Shown here: positions 35,487 to 45,807 of the stretch, piece by piece
How positions within the stretch are numbered: position 1 is the first letter of the stretch
Layout of the letters: each line of letters starts with the position of its first letter
Source of the DNA: Alphaproteobacteria bacterium
GTDB lineage: Bacteria > Pseudomonadota > Alphaproteobacteria > MPNO01
Length of the DNA stretch: 64,000 bases
Assembly (NCBI GenBank): GCA_964291675.2
Contig: OZ219866.1
Location: forward strand, 672,001-736,000
Direction: 5' to 3'
The notes under the pieces: model-generated
Database searches by the model: none
What the model was told of the DNA's origin: nothing
Seen by the model: only the letters and a program-made list of their open reading frames with translations
Program-made: the position numbers and the translations under genes

Positions 35487-37757
35487 ATGAACCCCAGGAA
35501 CGCATTCCTCTGCGCCGCGATCGCGGGATTGGCGGCGGGCTGCGCGTTTCTGGCGCCGCTGCCGGAGGAGACCTCCATCCAGCAACGGCTGTCGGCATTC
35601 CCGACCTCGGGCTTGCCGCTGGAAGGGCGCGTGACGGTCCACTGGGATGAGCATCAGATCCCGTTCATCGAGGCCGAGCGCGATGGCGACGCGGCGTTTG
35701 CGCTCGGCCTGGTGCATGCCCATCTCCGGCTCGGCCAGATGGAGGCCTATCGCCGCATCGCACACGGCCGGGTCGCGGAGATGGTGGGTCCCTTCGCCAC
35801 CGACATCGACCACGCGCTGCGGATTCTCGATTTCAGCCGCGCGGCGGAGGAGATCGAGGCGGGGCTACCGAGGGCGACGAGGGTTTGGCTTGAGCGGTTC
35901 GTGGCAGGGATCAACCATCACCTGGAGACCGCCGGGGAGCTGCCCTACGAGTTCGGCGCGCTCGGTCTGGACCGCGAGCCGTGGTCGATCCGGGACGTGC
36001 TCGCCTTCGGGCGCCTCGCCGGGACCGATGTCAACTGGCTGGAGTGGCTGGACTTGCTGGGGCTGCGCGGTCGCGACGACTGGCCCGCGCTGTGGGCGCG
36101 GCTGATCGAGAGCGGATCGTCTTCAGCGACCAGCTTCGGGGCACGCGAGAGCGCCGCGCATCTGCGGACCCTGCTCAGCGGGTTGAGCCGGTCGGGCAGC
36201 AACAGCCTGGCGGTGGCGCCCGGGATGAGCGCCACCGGCGCCGCGATCATGGCGAACGATCCGCACCTCGGCATCCGCCTTCCCAATATCTGGCTGCTGG
36301 CCGGGATCAAATCGCCATCCTACCACGCGGTCGGGCTGATGGTTCCGGGCATTCCTTTCATCGCCGTCGGGCGCAATCCCTGGATAGCGTGGGGCGGCAC
36401 CAACATGCGCGCGGCGTCGAGCGCGCTCTTCCATGCCGAGGATGCCGTGATGACCACCCGGCGCGAACGGATCGCCGTGCGCTGGTGGTTCGACCGCGAG
36501 GTTGAGGTCCGCGAGACACCGTGGGGCCCGGTCCTGTCTGATACGCCGCAGCTCGCCGCCGCCATGGCAGCGTCCCGCTCGGGTCCGTTCGCTCTCAGCT
36601 GGACCGGCCATCTGCCGAGCGACGAGATCAGCGCGATGCTGGAAGTGAGCCAAGCGCGGAGCTTCGCGGAGTTCCGCGAGGCGCTGTCGGGCTTCGCGGT
36701 TCCGGGTCAGAACATGCTGTATGCGGACAATGACGGCAATATCGGCCAGGTAATGGCGGTCCGGCTCCCCGGGCTCGGCGACGCGGCGCCCGAGGACCTG
36801 GTGCTGGCGCCGGACAAGCATGCGGAGCGGTGGGCCGGGATGCGGGGCACCCTGGACCTGCCGTTCAGCCTCAATCCCGGGCGCGGGTTTCTGGTCTCGG
36901 CCAACAACCGGCCGACCGCGGCGGCGGGTCGGGTCGGATATTTCTTCTCGCTTGACGACCGCGTGCTGCGCATGACCGAGCTGCTGCGCGGCGGCGGGAT
37001 CGGCGTCGACGACGTCAAGGCCATTCAGCAGGACGTCCACAAGGCCTCGGCAGCCGCGCTGCGCCGCATGTTCGTGGAGAGGATCGATGCATCGGGTGTC
37101 GCCGGGAGCGCCGGCCAGGACGGAGAACGCGCGCTGGCGCTGATGCGCGAATGGGACGGGCGCTACAGCCCGGATTCGCAGGGCGCTCTTGCGTACGAGG
37201 CCTTCCGCGAGGCTTTCGTCCGGTCCTTCTACTCCGCCAGGCTGGGCGCAACCGGCGCGGACGCCTATGCCGACGCGGGCCGTGTCGAGAGGCTGACGAC
37301 TACCGATATCGAGCGCGCCGGCGCAGCCGAGCTTAGCGCCGCGCTGGAGACGGCGCTGAGCACGGCCGGCGCGGTCGTGGCGAGGTTCCCCGACTGGGGC
37401 GCCATGCACCGGCTCGGCCTCGATCACCCGCTGTCGCTGCTGCCCCTCGTCGGCGGGCGCTTCCGTTTCACCGATGTCCCGGTTGGCGGCGCCAACGACA
37501 CGTTGATGAAGACAGCCCACCACACCGGCGCCGAGCGTCACTTCGTCGACTACGGCTCGAACGCGCGGCATATCTCTGACTTGTCCGATTTGGACCGCAA
37601 CTACTTCGTCCTGCTCGGCGGCCAGGACGGGCATATCGGCAGCACGACCTTCCTCGACCAGACCGAGCTCTGGCTCGACGGCGCCTACATCCAGCTGCCG
37701 CTCAGGATCGAGACCGTGCGCGAACGCTTTCCCTTCCGCACCGAGCTCCGCAATTGA
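35487..37757 (+). CDS. Penicillin acylase family Ntn-hydrolase, lipoprotein
   Basis: RBS AGGAG; lipobox LAAGC; DEHQIPFI, HAHLRLGQM, GSNSLAV, ANDPHL. Confidence 0.92.
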   Translation: MNPRNAFLCAAIAGLAAGCAFLAPLPEETSIQQRLSAFPTSGLPLEGRVTVHWDEHQIPFIEAERDGDAAFALGLVHAHLRLGQMEAYRRIAHGRVAEMVGPFATDIDHALRILDFSRAAEEIEAGLPRATRVWLERFVAGINHHLETAGELPYEFGALGLDREPWSIRDVLAFGRLAGTDVNWLEWLDLLGLRGRDDWPALWARLIESGSSSATSFGARESAAHLRTLLSGLSRSGSNSLAVAPGMSATGAAIMANDPHLGIRLPNIWLLAGIKSPSYHAVGLMVPGIPFIAVGRNPWIAWGGTNMRAASSALFHAEDAVMTTRRERIAVRWWFDREVEVRETPWGPVLSDTPQLAAAMAASRSGPFALSWTGHLPSDEISAMLEVSQARSFAEFREALSGFAVPGQNMLYADNDGNIGQVMAVRLPGLGDAAPEDLVLAPDKHAERWAGMRGTLDLPFSLNPGRGFLVSANNRPTAAAGRVGYFFSLDDRVLRMTELLRGGGIGVDDVKAIQQDVHKASAAALRRMFVERIDASGVAGSAGQDGERALALMREWDGRYSPDSQGALAYEAFREAFVRSFYSARLGATGADAYADAGRVERLTTTDIERAGAAELSAALETALSTAGAVVARFPDWGAMHRLGLDHPLSLLPLVGGRFRFTDVPVGGANDTLMKTAHHTGAERHFVDYGSNARHISDLSDLDRNYFVLLGGQDGHIGSTTFLDQTELWLDGAYIQLPLRIETVRERFPFRTELRN

Positions 37758-38074
37758 AGTAGACATCCGAACCGAACACCCTGCGTCAGGGCTCTTACGC
37801 TGGATAGGAGCGCCGCCCAGGTTTCCTCCGGTTCCCCGAGCGGCGCTCGCCTATCGTGAGGACGTCAACGAAAAGGGAGAGAAGCATGAAGACCATCCCG
37901 GCACCAACCCCCATACACCGAACAATTCGAGCAGGACCCGGTGGATTCCCGTCAGCAAGCGTGCGCGCTCTCACAACAGCATCGACAAGAAAAGCGCTTG
38001 AGAGCAAGGAATCAATGAAGGCGACGGCGGTTGGCGGCAAGTTCCTCTCAGGCCAGCACGAGGCAGCGGAGCTT

Positions 38075-38830
38075 GTGAGCGGCAAGAGCCGAAGCTGCGC
38101 GGTCCGGCGCGCGATCTTCGGCGCGCTGGCGCTTGCATTCATTCTTGGCACACGTCCGTCCCCGGGGACGGAGATCGAACACCTCGACGATCTCACTGAC
38201 GCTCAGCCGTCTCTGCAATCGGCCATTCAGCGCGACGGAGCCAACGGTTTCGCGTCGCTGGCCGGGTTTGCGCTCGACGGGATGCTGTTCGGCGTTGCCG
38301 GATACTCGACCGGCCGGTTGGCCGGTGGCGCTCTGGTCGAGTATTTCGATGGGGACTTGTTCGACGGGGATACGGTCGACCGAGACCTGTTGGGCGGGGC
38401 ATGGGGTGCAGCGCGGCTCCCGGATGGCGCCTACGTCGAGTTGCGCGCCGTCGGCGGCGACGACAATTTATGGATGACGCGGATTCATGCCGAACTCGAC
38501 ATCCCATTGCCGCCCTATCTGTTGCTCACGCCCTTTGTCGTCGGCACCTACGCAGAAGAGAACGGCGTGGACTTCGAACGCGGCGAGGCTGGGGCAAGGC
38601 TCGGCACCAGGACGGAGGGGCCCGTGTCCTTCGCCGGTATCGAAACTTCCGGGCCGGTCGGTTTCCAGGCCGGGATCGGCGGTATCGATTCCAACGCCTA
38701 CGACCCTCGACTGCGGGCGACCGCCGGTATGGGCTTGCCGTTCGGCTCGATCCGTCTCGGCATTGGAGCCCGCTACACCACGGGTGTGGATGAGCTGGGC
38801 GTCGGCGGTTCGGTCAAGTTTTCCTTCTAG
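38075..38830 (+). CDS. Putative outer-membrane beta-barrel (autotransporter-like) protein; start uncertain
   Basis: Signal-like segment, Gly-rich alternating strands, terminal GGSVKFSF. Confidence 0.6.
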   Translation: MSGKSRSCAVRRAIFGALALAFILGTRPSPGTEIEHLDDLTDAQPSLQSAIQRDGANGFASLAGFALDGMLFGVAGYSTGRLAGGALVEYFDGDLFDGDTVDRDLLGGAWGAARLPDGAYVELRAVGGDDNLWMTRIHAELDIPLPPYLLLTPFVVGTYAEENGVDFERGEAGARLGTRTEGPVSFAGIETSGPVGFQAGIGGIDSNAYDPRLRATAGMGLPFGSIRLGIGARYTTGVDELGVGGSVKFSF

Positions 38831-39084
38831 CCGATGGGAAGACCGGCCCAAGACCGTCTGCCATGGGAGACGAGCTCCGGTCTGATCGACCGAGCCCGCG
38901 GATCGAAAGGCAACATGCCGGTATCCGGCGACGGAGCGGTTCAGGAAGACGTTGAAATCTTCCTTGCCGAATCAGGGCTCCGCGGGGAACGCCATGCGGA
39001 AATGGAACGACTGCATTTCCGCACCGACCACCCGCAGGACGAGCACGCCTCGTCGAGCCGGCGAGGGGAGTTCCGTAGCATACC

Positions 39085-39678
39085 ATGAATTTTAATCCGC
39101 AGGAGCGCATCGCCATTTTCATCGACGGGTCGAACCTGTATTCGGCGGCCCGCGCGCTCGGCTTCGACATCGACTACAAGAGCCTCCTGGACCTGTTTTC
39201 CGCCCAGGGACGGCTGGTGCGGGCGTTCTACTACACCGCCCTGGTGGAGGATCAGGAATACTCGCCGATCCGCCCGCTCGTCGACTGGCTCGACTACAAC
39301 GGCTACACGGTGGTCACCAAGCCCACCAAGGAATTCACCGACGCGATGGGGCGCCGCAAGATCAAGGGCAACATGGATATCGAGCTCGCCATCGACGCGA
39401 TGGAGATGGCCAAGAAGGTCGACCATATCGTCCTGTTCTCGGGCGACGGCGACTTCCGCCGGCTGATCGAGGCGGTGCAGCGCGAGGCGGTTCGCGTCAG
39501 CGTGGTCTCGACGTTGCGGTCCTCGCCCCCGATGGTGGCGGACGAGCTGCGCCGTCAGGCCGATTCCTTTATCGAATTGCAGGATCTCGCGCCGCAGATC
39601 GCGCGCGCTCCCCGCCAGACCGAGAGCCGCATCCCGACCCCGGCGCGGCCGGACTTCGATACCGTCGACATCGACTGA
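39085..39678 (+). CDS. NYN domain protein (LabA/DUF88)
   Basis: IFIDGSNLY, KGNMDIELAID, LFSGDGDF, ELRRQADSFIEL. Confidence 0.95.
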   Translation: MNFNPQERIAIFIDGSNLYSAARALGFDIDYKSLLDLFSAQGRLVRAFYYTALVEDQEYSPIRPLVDWLDYNGYTVVTKPTKEFTDAMGRRKIKGNMDIELAIDAMEMAKKVDHIVLFSGDGDFRRLIEAVQREAVRVSVVSTLRSSPPMVADELRRQADSFIELQDLAPQIARAPRQTESRIPTPARPDFDTVDID

Positions 39679-39915
39679 CCCCCGCCGTTCGCGACTGGAT
39701 CCGCGCCGGCCTCAGCGGAACGGTGACCCCATGCACGAAGCCGCGGGCGATCAAGCGCCTCCAAAGATCGAAGCTGTGGAAGACGGCCCAAAAAATGTAC
39801 CACGCGCGAGGCTTCCCACGACCCCGCTTTCGGCCTGTGCGAATCCCGCGAGTCAACCGCTCTCGGCAGTCTCGTGCGGTGCCAGCATCTGGCCCCTGAT
39901 CCCGTTCACGGCGCC

Positions 39916-41055
39916 TCAAACCGGCCCGATCTCGAGCAGCCTGCGGGCGTTCCCGTGCGCGATCTTCTCCTTCGTCGCCCGGGGCAGGTCGACGGCCCGG
40001 AACCAGTCGGCGCCCGCCCTGGCGCTCGCCATGGGATAGTCGACCGAGAACATGATCCGGTCCTCGCCGATGGTCGCGAGCGCAAGCGCCAGCAGCTCGT
40101 CTCGGAAGAAGGCGCTGGTGGTGATCCAGAGATTGTCGTGGAAGTATTGCTGCACGGGCTTGTGCAGCCGCTTCTTCGCGATGCGGTCCAGGTCCTCCCC
40201 GACCCGCCAGTACCAGAAGGGAAGCCCCTCGCCCATGTGGCCGACGACGATCTGCAGCCTCGGGAACCTGTCGAAGGTGCCGGCGACGATCAAACGCAGG
40301 CAATGGAGGGCGATCTCCTGGTGCCAGCCATAGCCGGGGCCGCCGAGAATCTTGCTCGCCAAAGCGTTGCCCAGCCCGTCATAGTAGACCTCCCTGACCC
40401 TGGGTGACGGCCAGTTGGGGTGGATGTAGATCGGCACGCCGAGCACCTCGGCGCGGGCGAGCAGCGGCGCGAAGCCGGCGTGGTCGAGGAACCTGCCGTC
40501 GATGGGGCCGTAGCTCATGCAGCCGACGAAGCCGTGCTCGTTGACCGAGCGATCGAGCTCGTCGGCCGCCGCCTCCGGCTGGCCGAGCGGCAGGGTGGCA
40601 AAGGCGCGGAACCGGTCCGGCCAGGCCGCGACGACTTCCTCGGCGATCCGGTTGTTGAGCCTGCGGGCGAAGGCCGCGCCCTCGGCGCCGGGCAGGTTCT
40701 GGGCGCCGGGCGTCACCGCCGAGAGCACCTGGATGCCGATCCCCGCCGCGTCCATGTCGGCGATCCGCCCGGCGCCGAGCTCGAGGAGCTCGGGCCTTCT
40801 GCCGCCGCCCGAGAAGAGGCGCTTGTCCGTGCCGGCGTTGAGGCGTTGCAGCTCGCGGGTCGTGAAGTGTTCCTCCAGCGCGATGAGGAACAGCTTCCCG
40901 TCGCCGTCCGGGGTATCCGCCAGGGCGGCGCCGAACGGCCCGGCCGTCGTTGCCGCGGCGGCGGCGCCGAGGCCCGTGGCACGGGCGAGGAACGCGCGCC
41001 GGCTCAGGGCGCCGTGCGCCGCCAGGCGGCGGTTATCCGTATGCGTGTGGGTCAT
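39916..41055 (-). CDS. Amidohydrolase_2 family enzyme (non-oxidative decarboxylase-like) with Tat signal
   Basis: LSRRAFL; IALEEHF, PIYIHP, GHMGEGLPF, MFSVDYP, NARRLL. Confidence 0.9.
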   Translation of the reverse strand: MTHTHTDNRRLAAHGALSRRAFLARATGLGAAAAATTAGPFGAALADTPDGDGKLFLIALEEHFTTRELQRLNAGTDKRLFSGGGRRPELLELGAGRIADMDAAGIGIQVLSAVTPGAQNLPGAEGAAFARRLNNRIAEEVVAAWPDRFRAFATLPLGQPEAAADELDRSVNEHGFVGCMSYGPIDGRFLDHAGFAPLLARAEVLGVPIYIHPNWPSPRVREVYYDGLGNALASKILGGPGYGWHQEIALHCLRLIVAGTFDRFPRLQIVVGHMGEGLPFWYWRVGEDLDRIAKKRLHKPVQQYFHDNLWITTSAFFRDELLALALATIGEDRIMFSVDYPMASARAGADWFRAVDLPRATKEKIAHGNARRLLEIGPV

Positions 41056-41178
41056 GATGCGTTTCCCCTGTTTGTGGCGCCCGCGCCCGCATGGACGCCG
41101 CGCGCTCGTGGAAACCGGCGCGGCTGCACTGTCGGGGGCTCGGGCCCTCCGCGCCGCCGGCGCCGGAAGATGGGTCTC

Positions 41179-41721
41179 CTACCTGCCGCCGAAGGTCATG
41201 CGGCGGATGACGTCATGGCCGTCGATCCAGCGGTGCTTGAAGGCCGCGGCGACGTGGCCGGCGGCGACCGCCAGCATGCCGTAAGCGAGCCACATGTGGA
41301 CGTCCGTGGACAGTTCCTGGAGCGCCTCCCCGGTCTCCGGGAAGATCCGGGGCATCTCGACGCCGAACCAATGCACGGCATGGCCGCCGAAATTGGTCTC
41401 CGCCCAGCCGGCGGCGATCACCAGCGCCGGAAGCGCGTAGAGCGCGGCATGGCCGAGATGCGCGGCGGTGCGTTCCATGCCCCGGATCGTCGCCGGCAGC
41501 GGCGGCGGCCGGTGTATGAGTCGGATCGCGATACGCAGGACGAGCAGGGCGAGCAGCGTCACCCCGACCGAGATGTGCAGGTCGAACAGGAACTCCTCCA
41601 GCGGGGAATCCTCCTCGACCAGCGTCGTCATCGCGTAGCCGCAGCCCCACATGAAGACGAAGCCAACGGCCATGATCCAGTGAAGGAGGCGGGCGTTCAG
41701 GTGGTATCTCTCGTCGGTCAT
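41179..41721 (-). CDS. Cytochrome b561
   Basis: RLLHWIMA, LHISVG, HAALY, VHMWLA, HVAAAFKH, IRRM. Confidence 0.92.
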   Translation of the reverse strand: MTDERYHLNARLLHWIMAVGFVFMWGCGYAMTTLVEEDSPLEEFLFDLHISVGVTLLALLVLRIAIRLIHRPPPLPATIRGMERTAAHLGHAALYALPALVIAAGWAETNFGGHAVHWFGVEMPRIFPETGEALQELSTDVHMWLAYGMLAVAAGHVAAAFKHRWIDGHDVIRRMTFGGR

Positions 41722-41891
41722 CGGCGTTGTTCTCTCTGTTCGGGGCGGGGCCCCGGGGTTTCCCGGCGCATGTCGGAGCCGGGGCGGCGCTTTGCAAGGC
41801 TCGGGCGGCTCGAATTCGCGATGTTCGGCAACGGCGGTCCGGTTCGGCGCTCCGCGCGCCGCCCGACGGCGCGCGGGACGCCGGGGCGGCG

Positions 41892-42383
41892 CTAGTCGTC
41901 GTCCCGCCCGTGCCGGTCGTCGTCATCGTCGTCCCAGCGGTCGCTCATCGAGAGGCCACCGTCGCGGTCGCGGTCGAGCCACTCGACGATATCGGCGAGC
42001 GGCCGGTCGTACTCGGCGCGGGTGACGACCGCGTCGCCGTCGGTATCCAGCGTCTGGAAGACGCGCACGGTGAGCGGGCGGGTGGTCTCGTGCCAGAGCC
42101 CGGCGAACTCCTCGAGGCTCAGATTGCCGTCGCCGTCGGCGTCGTGCGCCGCGTGGCGGTCGTTGCGCACCTTGTCGATCTCGGCCTGGGTGAGCTTGCC
42201 GTCGCCGTCGGCGTCGATGCTCTGGAACACCTCCATCGCCGAGACCGCGAGCTGCCCCTTGTCGAGAAAGCCCATGCCGTCGCCGCCGCCGCGGTGGCCG
42301 GCGTAGCTCGCGCCCGCCAGCGCCGTCCCGCCGAGGGCGGCGGCGATCGCGATGGCTGTCAGTGTCTTCGTCTTCGTTTTCAT
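41892..42383 (-). CDS. Secreted EF-hand calcium-binding protein
   Basis: Signal peptide; four loops DADGDGKLTQAE, DADGDGNLSLEE, DTDGDAVVTRAE, DRDRDGGLSMSD. Confidence 0.9.
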   Translation of the reverse strand: MKTKTKTLTAIAIAAALGGTALAGASYAGHRGGGDGMGFLDKGQLAVSAMEVFQSIDADGDGKLTQAEIDKVRNDRHAAHDADGDGNLSLEEFAGLWHETTRPLTVRVFQTLDTDGDAVVTRAEYDRPLADIVEWLDRDRDGGLSMSDRWDDDDDDRHGRDDD

Positions 42384-42568
42384 CGGTTGTCTCCTGCTTC
42401 GGTTCGTCCATCGGGTGTCGATGGATGACGGGAACATGGGCACCGGTTGTCGCAGAACCTTGCCGGGGGAGGGGCTGAAGTGTCGCGGGCGGTGGCGAGA
42501 AGACGGATTGACACATCCTGTTACAAACTTTTCGTGCGGCGTCCGGGCAGGCGCGTAAGCTCCCGCCC

Positions 42569-43288
42569 ATGGACGCCTCCCCGCACGTGCTGGTGGTCGA
42601 CGACCACCGCGAGATCCGCGAGCCGCTGGCGCGCTACCTGGAGCGCCACGAGCTGCGCGTGACGATGGCGGAGAGCGCGGCTGCGGCGCGCCGGGCGCTG
42701 AAGGCCGCGACGGTCGACCTCGTGGTGCTCGACATCATGATGCCGGGCGAGGACGGCCTCGCGCTTTGCCGGCACCTGCGCGAGACGACGCGCATCCCGG
42801 TCATCCTGCTGACCGCCATGGGCGAGGAGACGGACCGCATCGTGGGCCTGGAGGTGGGCGCCGACGACTACGTCGCCAAGCCGTTCAACCCCCGCGAGCT
42901 GCTGGCCCGCATCAAGGCGGTGATCCGCCGCGCGCGGAGCCTCCCGCCCGACCGGGAGCCGCTGCCGGCCGGGACCTGGCGGTTCGACCGCTGGTCGCTC
43001 GATACCGGGCGGCGCGAGCTGGTGGACGAAGAGGGGGTGGTGACGCCGCTGTCCGCGGGCGAGTTCCGGCTGCTGGCGGCGCTGCTGGAGCGTCCCGGCA
43101 TGGTGCTCTCGCGCGACCAGCTGCTCGACCTGACCCGGGGCCGGGGCGCGGCGCCCTTCGACCGCGCGGTCGACAACCAGGTGAGCCGGCTGCGGCGCAA
43201 GATCGAGCGCGACCCGAAGAACCCGGCGCTGATCGCCACGGTGTGGGGCGGCGGCTACCGGTTCGCCGGCAAGGTCGAGCGCGGATGA
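42569..43288 (+). CDS. OmpR family response regulator
   Basis: LVVDD, VLDIMMPGEDG, GADDYVAKPF, DNQVSRLRRKIE, TVWGGGY. Confidence 0.95.
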   Translation: MDASPHVLVVDDHREIREPLARYLERHELRVTMAESAAAARRALKAATVDLVVLDIMMPGEDGLALCRHLRETTRIPVILLTAMGEETDRIVGLEVGADDYVAKPFNPRELLARIKAVIRRARSLPPDREPLPAGTWRFDRWSLDTGRRELVDEEGVVTPLSAGEFRLLAALLERPGMVLSRDQLLDLTRGRGAAPFDRAVDNQVSRLRRKIERDPKNPALIATVWGGGYRFAGKVERG

Positions 43289-44676
43289 GGCTTGTCCCGA
43301 AGAGCCACGCCGGGCAGCTAACGCTGCTGCTCCTGCTCGCGCTCGCCGCGGCCCAGGGAGTCGCCGTCGCGCTGTTCGCCTGGGAGCGGATGGAGGCGCT
43401 GCGCGATGCGCACCGGGACGATGCTGTCCTGCGCACGGCGACGGTGGCGCGGCTGCTCGGCGACACCCCTCCCGCGCTGCATGCCTCGGTCATCGCGGCT
43501 GCGAGCGCGGACCTCGCGCGGTTCTCGCTGACCGCCGAGCCCGTGGTGGGCGAGACCGGCGCCGGTGAGCGCGCCGCCGCCATCGCCGGCGATCTCTCCG
43601 CCGCGCTTGGCGTCGGGCCGGAGCGGGTCCGCGTGGCGCCGCTCTGGACGCGGTTCCTCTACGGCGACGATGACGATGACGAAGACGATGACGACCACCA
43701 CCACGATGACGACGATGACGACCGCGACGAACCCGACTGGTTCACCGCGTCGGTGGCGCTGGCGGACGGGCGCTGGCTCAACGTCGCGGTGGGGCCGCCG
43801 CCCGGCGCGCCGGCCTGGGGTGCGGCGTTCGTGGCCGTCTTCCTGCTCTCGGCGCTGGGCATTGCGGGCGTGGCTGTGTTCGCCGGGAGGCGGATGGCGA
43901 AGCCGATGCGCGGCCTTGCGGCGGCGGCCGGGCGTTTCGGCCGGGGCGAGGCCGTGGAAGACCTGCCCGAGGCCGGGCCGGTCGAGACCCGGGAGACGGT
44001 GCGCGCGTTCAACCTGATGCGTGCACGGCTCGACCGCTACGTCCGCGACCGTACCGCCATGCTGGCCGCGGTCTCGCATGACCTGCGCACCCCGGTCACC
44101 AGCCTGCGCCTGCACGCGGAGTTCGTCGAGGACGCGGAGACGCGTGCGAAGATCCTCGCGGCGCTCGACGAGATGCAACGCATGACCGAGGACGCCCTCG
44201 CGTTCATCCGAGAAGACATGCAACGCGAGGAGACGCGGACCGTCGACCTGCATGCGCTCGTGGACAGCGTCGCCGCCGATCTCGCGGAGCTCGGGCGCGA
44301 CATCGCGGTCGCGGACTCTGGGCGGGCGCTTGCCGCCTGCCGGCCGGCGGCGCTGCGCCGGGCGCTGCGCAACCTGCTGGAGAACGCGGCCGCCTACGGC
44401 GGGCGGGCGACGGTGCGGATCGAGCGGGGCGAAGCGGATATCCGCGTCGTCGTCGAGGACGAGGGCCCCGGGATCCCGGAGGCGGATCTGGAGCGGGTGT
44501 TCGAGCCCTTCGTGCGGCTCGAAGCCTCGAGGAGCCGCGACACCGGGGGCACAGGCCTCGGGCTTGCCATCGCGCGCGGAATCGTGCGCGGCCACGGCGG
44601 CGACATCGTGCTCGCAAACCGCGCCGAAGGGGGACTGCGCGCGACGGTCGCGCTGCCAGGCGGCGGGGGAGCATGA
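43285..44676 (+). CDS. Membrane sensor histidine kinase (HAMP-HisKA-HATPase) with Asp/His-rich periplasmic loop
   Basis: ATGA overlap; SHDLRTP, NLLENA, DEGPGI, GTGLGLAI; DDDDDEDDDDHHHDDDDDD at 43666-43722. Confidence 0.93.
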   Translation: MRLVPKSHAGQLTLLLLLALAAAQGVAVALFAWERMEALRDAHRDDAVLRTATVARLLGDTPPALHASVIAAASADLARFSLTAEPVVGETGAGERAAAIAGDLSAALGVGPERVRVAPLWTRFLYGDDDDDEDDDDHHHDDDDDDRDEPDWFTASVALADGRWLNVAVGPPPGAPAWGAAFVAVFLLSALGIAGVAVFAGRRMAKPMRGLAAAAGRFGRGEAVEDLPEAGPVETRETVRAFNLMRARLDRYVRDRTAMLAAVSHDLRTPVTSLRLHAEFVEDAETRAKILAALDEMQRMTEDALAFIREDMQREETRTVDLHALVDSVAADLAELGRDIAVADSGRALAACRPAALRRALRNLLENAAAYGGRATVRIERGEADIRVVVEDEGPGIPEADLERVFEPFVRLEASRSRDTGGTGLGLAIARGIVRGHGGDIVLANRAEGGLRATVALPGGGGA

Positions 44677-44741
44677 AACGGGGGTTTGCAGCCACCAAAT
44701 CACCAGCACCACGGCCGCGACGATCACCATTCGGACCGAGT

Positions 44742-45300
44742 TTACTCTCCAACGGATGGCGCGGGCACCGAGCACCCCGAGGCATGGATCTCGCGCAACG
44801 CACGGACAACTGTCTTCATCTTCGCGGCGATGAGTCCCACGAAGTCGATGTCGTTCTGGAGCACCTTCGCATAGACGCGGTTCTGCTGGGCGGCCCGACC
44901 GAGAATGGTCATGAAGCGCCGGGCGAGCCTCTGGTCGGACGAGCTCGCCAGCGGAAGGATCTCGGCGTTGCGGATGCCCTTGATGCTCTCGAAACTGGTG
45001 TCGGCCAGCCGAAGCTGTACCTTGCGTCCGTCAACGAACTGACCGCTCAGGGTCAGCATGGTCTCGATCTCGGTCAAAGCGGGACTTATCGCCCGCGCGC
45101 ACGGTTCGGCCCGCACGGTGCCCGACCCTGCCGCGAGGCTGAAGATCAGCACCGCGATCGCGAACGCGGCAATGATCGCGATTCAGAACCATCCGCGGTG
45201 TTTCGGCCTGCGGCGTTCGGGCTCCAGAGACGGCGAGACATGGCGGGTGTCTTCGGTGGGGACGTCGCGCCGGTTCAACGGGGGCAGCTTCGTCATCTCG
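44742..45300 (-). pseudogene. Hypothetical membrane-anchored/secreted protein with in-frame stop
   Basis: ORFs 45183-45452 and 44742-45152 share a frame; TGA 45183-45185 sits at the start of a hydrophobic segment (GWF*IAIIAAFAIAVLIF). Confidence 0.4.
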
Positions 45301-45807
45301 GCCCCGGCAGGGACTCGACAGGCTTTTCCCAATCGTGGTTGTCGGGCCCAGACTTCGCTCGGTGCGGATTCTTCATGTTGCCCTCGTATGGCCACCAGCC
45401 CAGATACACCTCGAGGGTGACAAGCAGAGGGCTCTGCTCGGGCACACGTCACCCAGCCGCCCTATCACCGGCAGCTCGGCCGCGACCCACAGAATCAGCC
45501 AGGTGTATCCGGTGCCGTCCTCGGCGGGGCGGCCGCAGCGGGATTCTTCGGGGCCGTCGTTCATCGGATCAAGTCTCGCCGCCCCTGCCCCATGGATCCG
45601 GGTCATCCACGAGGCTGTACGTTCCATCGGCCCATCGCCGGAAATAGGGCCGGTGCCCCCCCTGGTTCCCGACGCGGTGCTTCGGCAGGAACGATCGATA
45701 GGTGCTGTCGTTCCAGCCTGGGCAGGCGCACCTGACATCGGCGGCTTGGAAGCTGAATGACAGCCGACCTTGATGGCGAGCCCGGCGGATATCGTCGACG
45801 AAACCGC

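Noticed and set aside
42766-43284. 636-aa kinase ORF overlapping the response regulator
   Set aside because: Shadow frame of the regulator; the kinase begins at 43285.
43666-43731. CRISPR or tandem-repeat array
   Set aside because: Low-complexity coding triplets only; no repeat-spacer array or cas genes were seen anywhere in the window.
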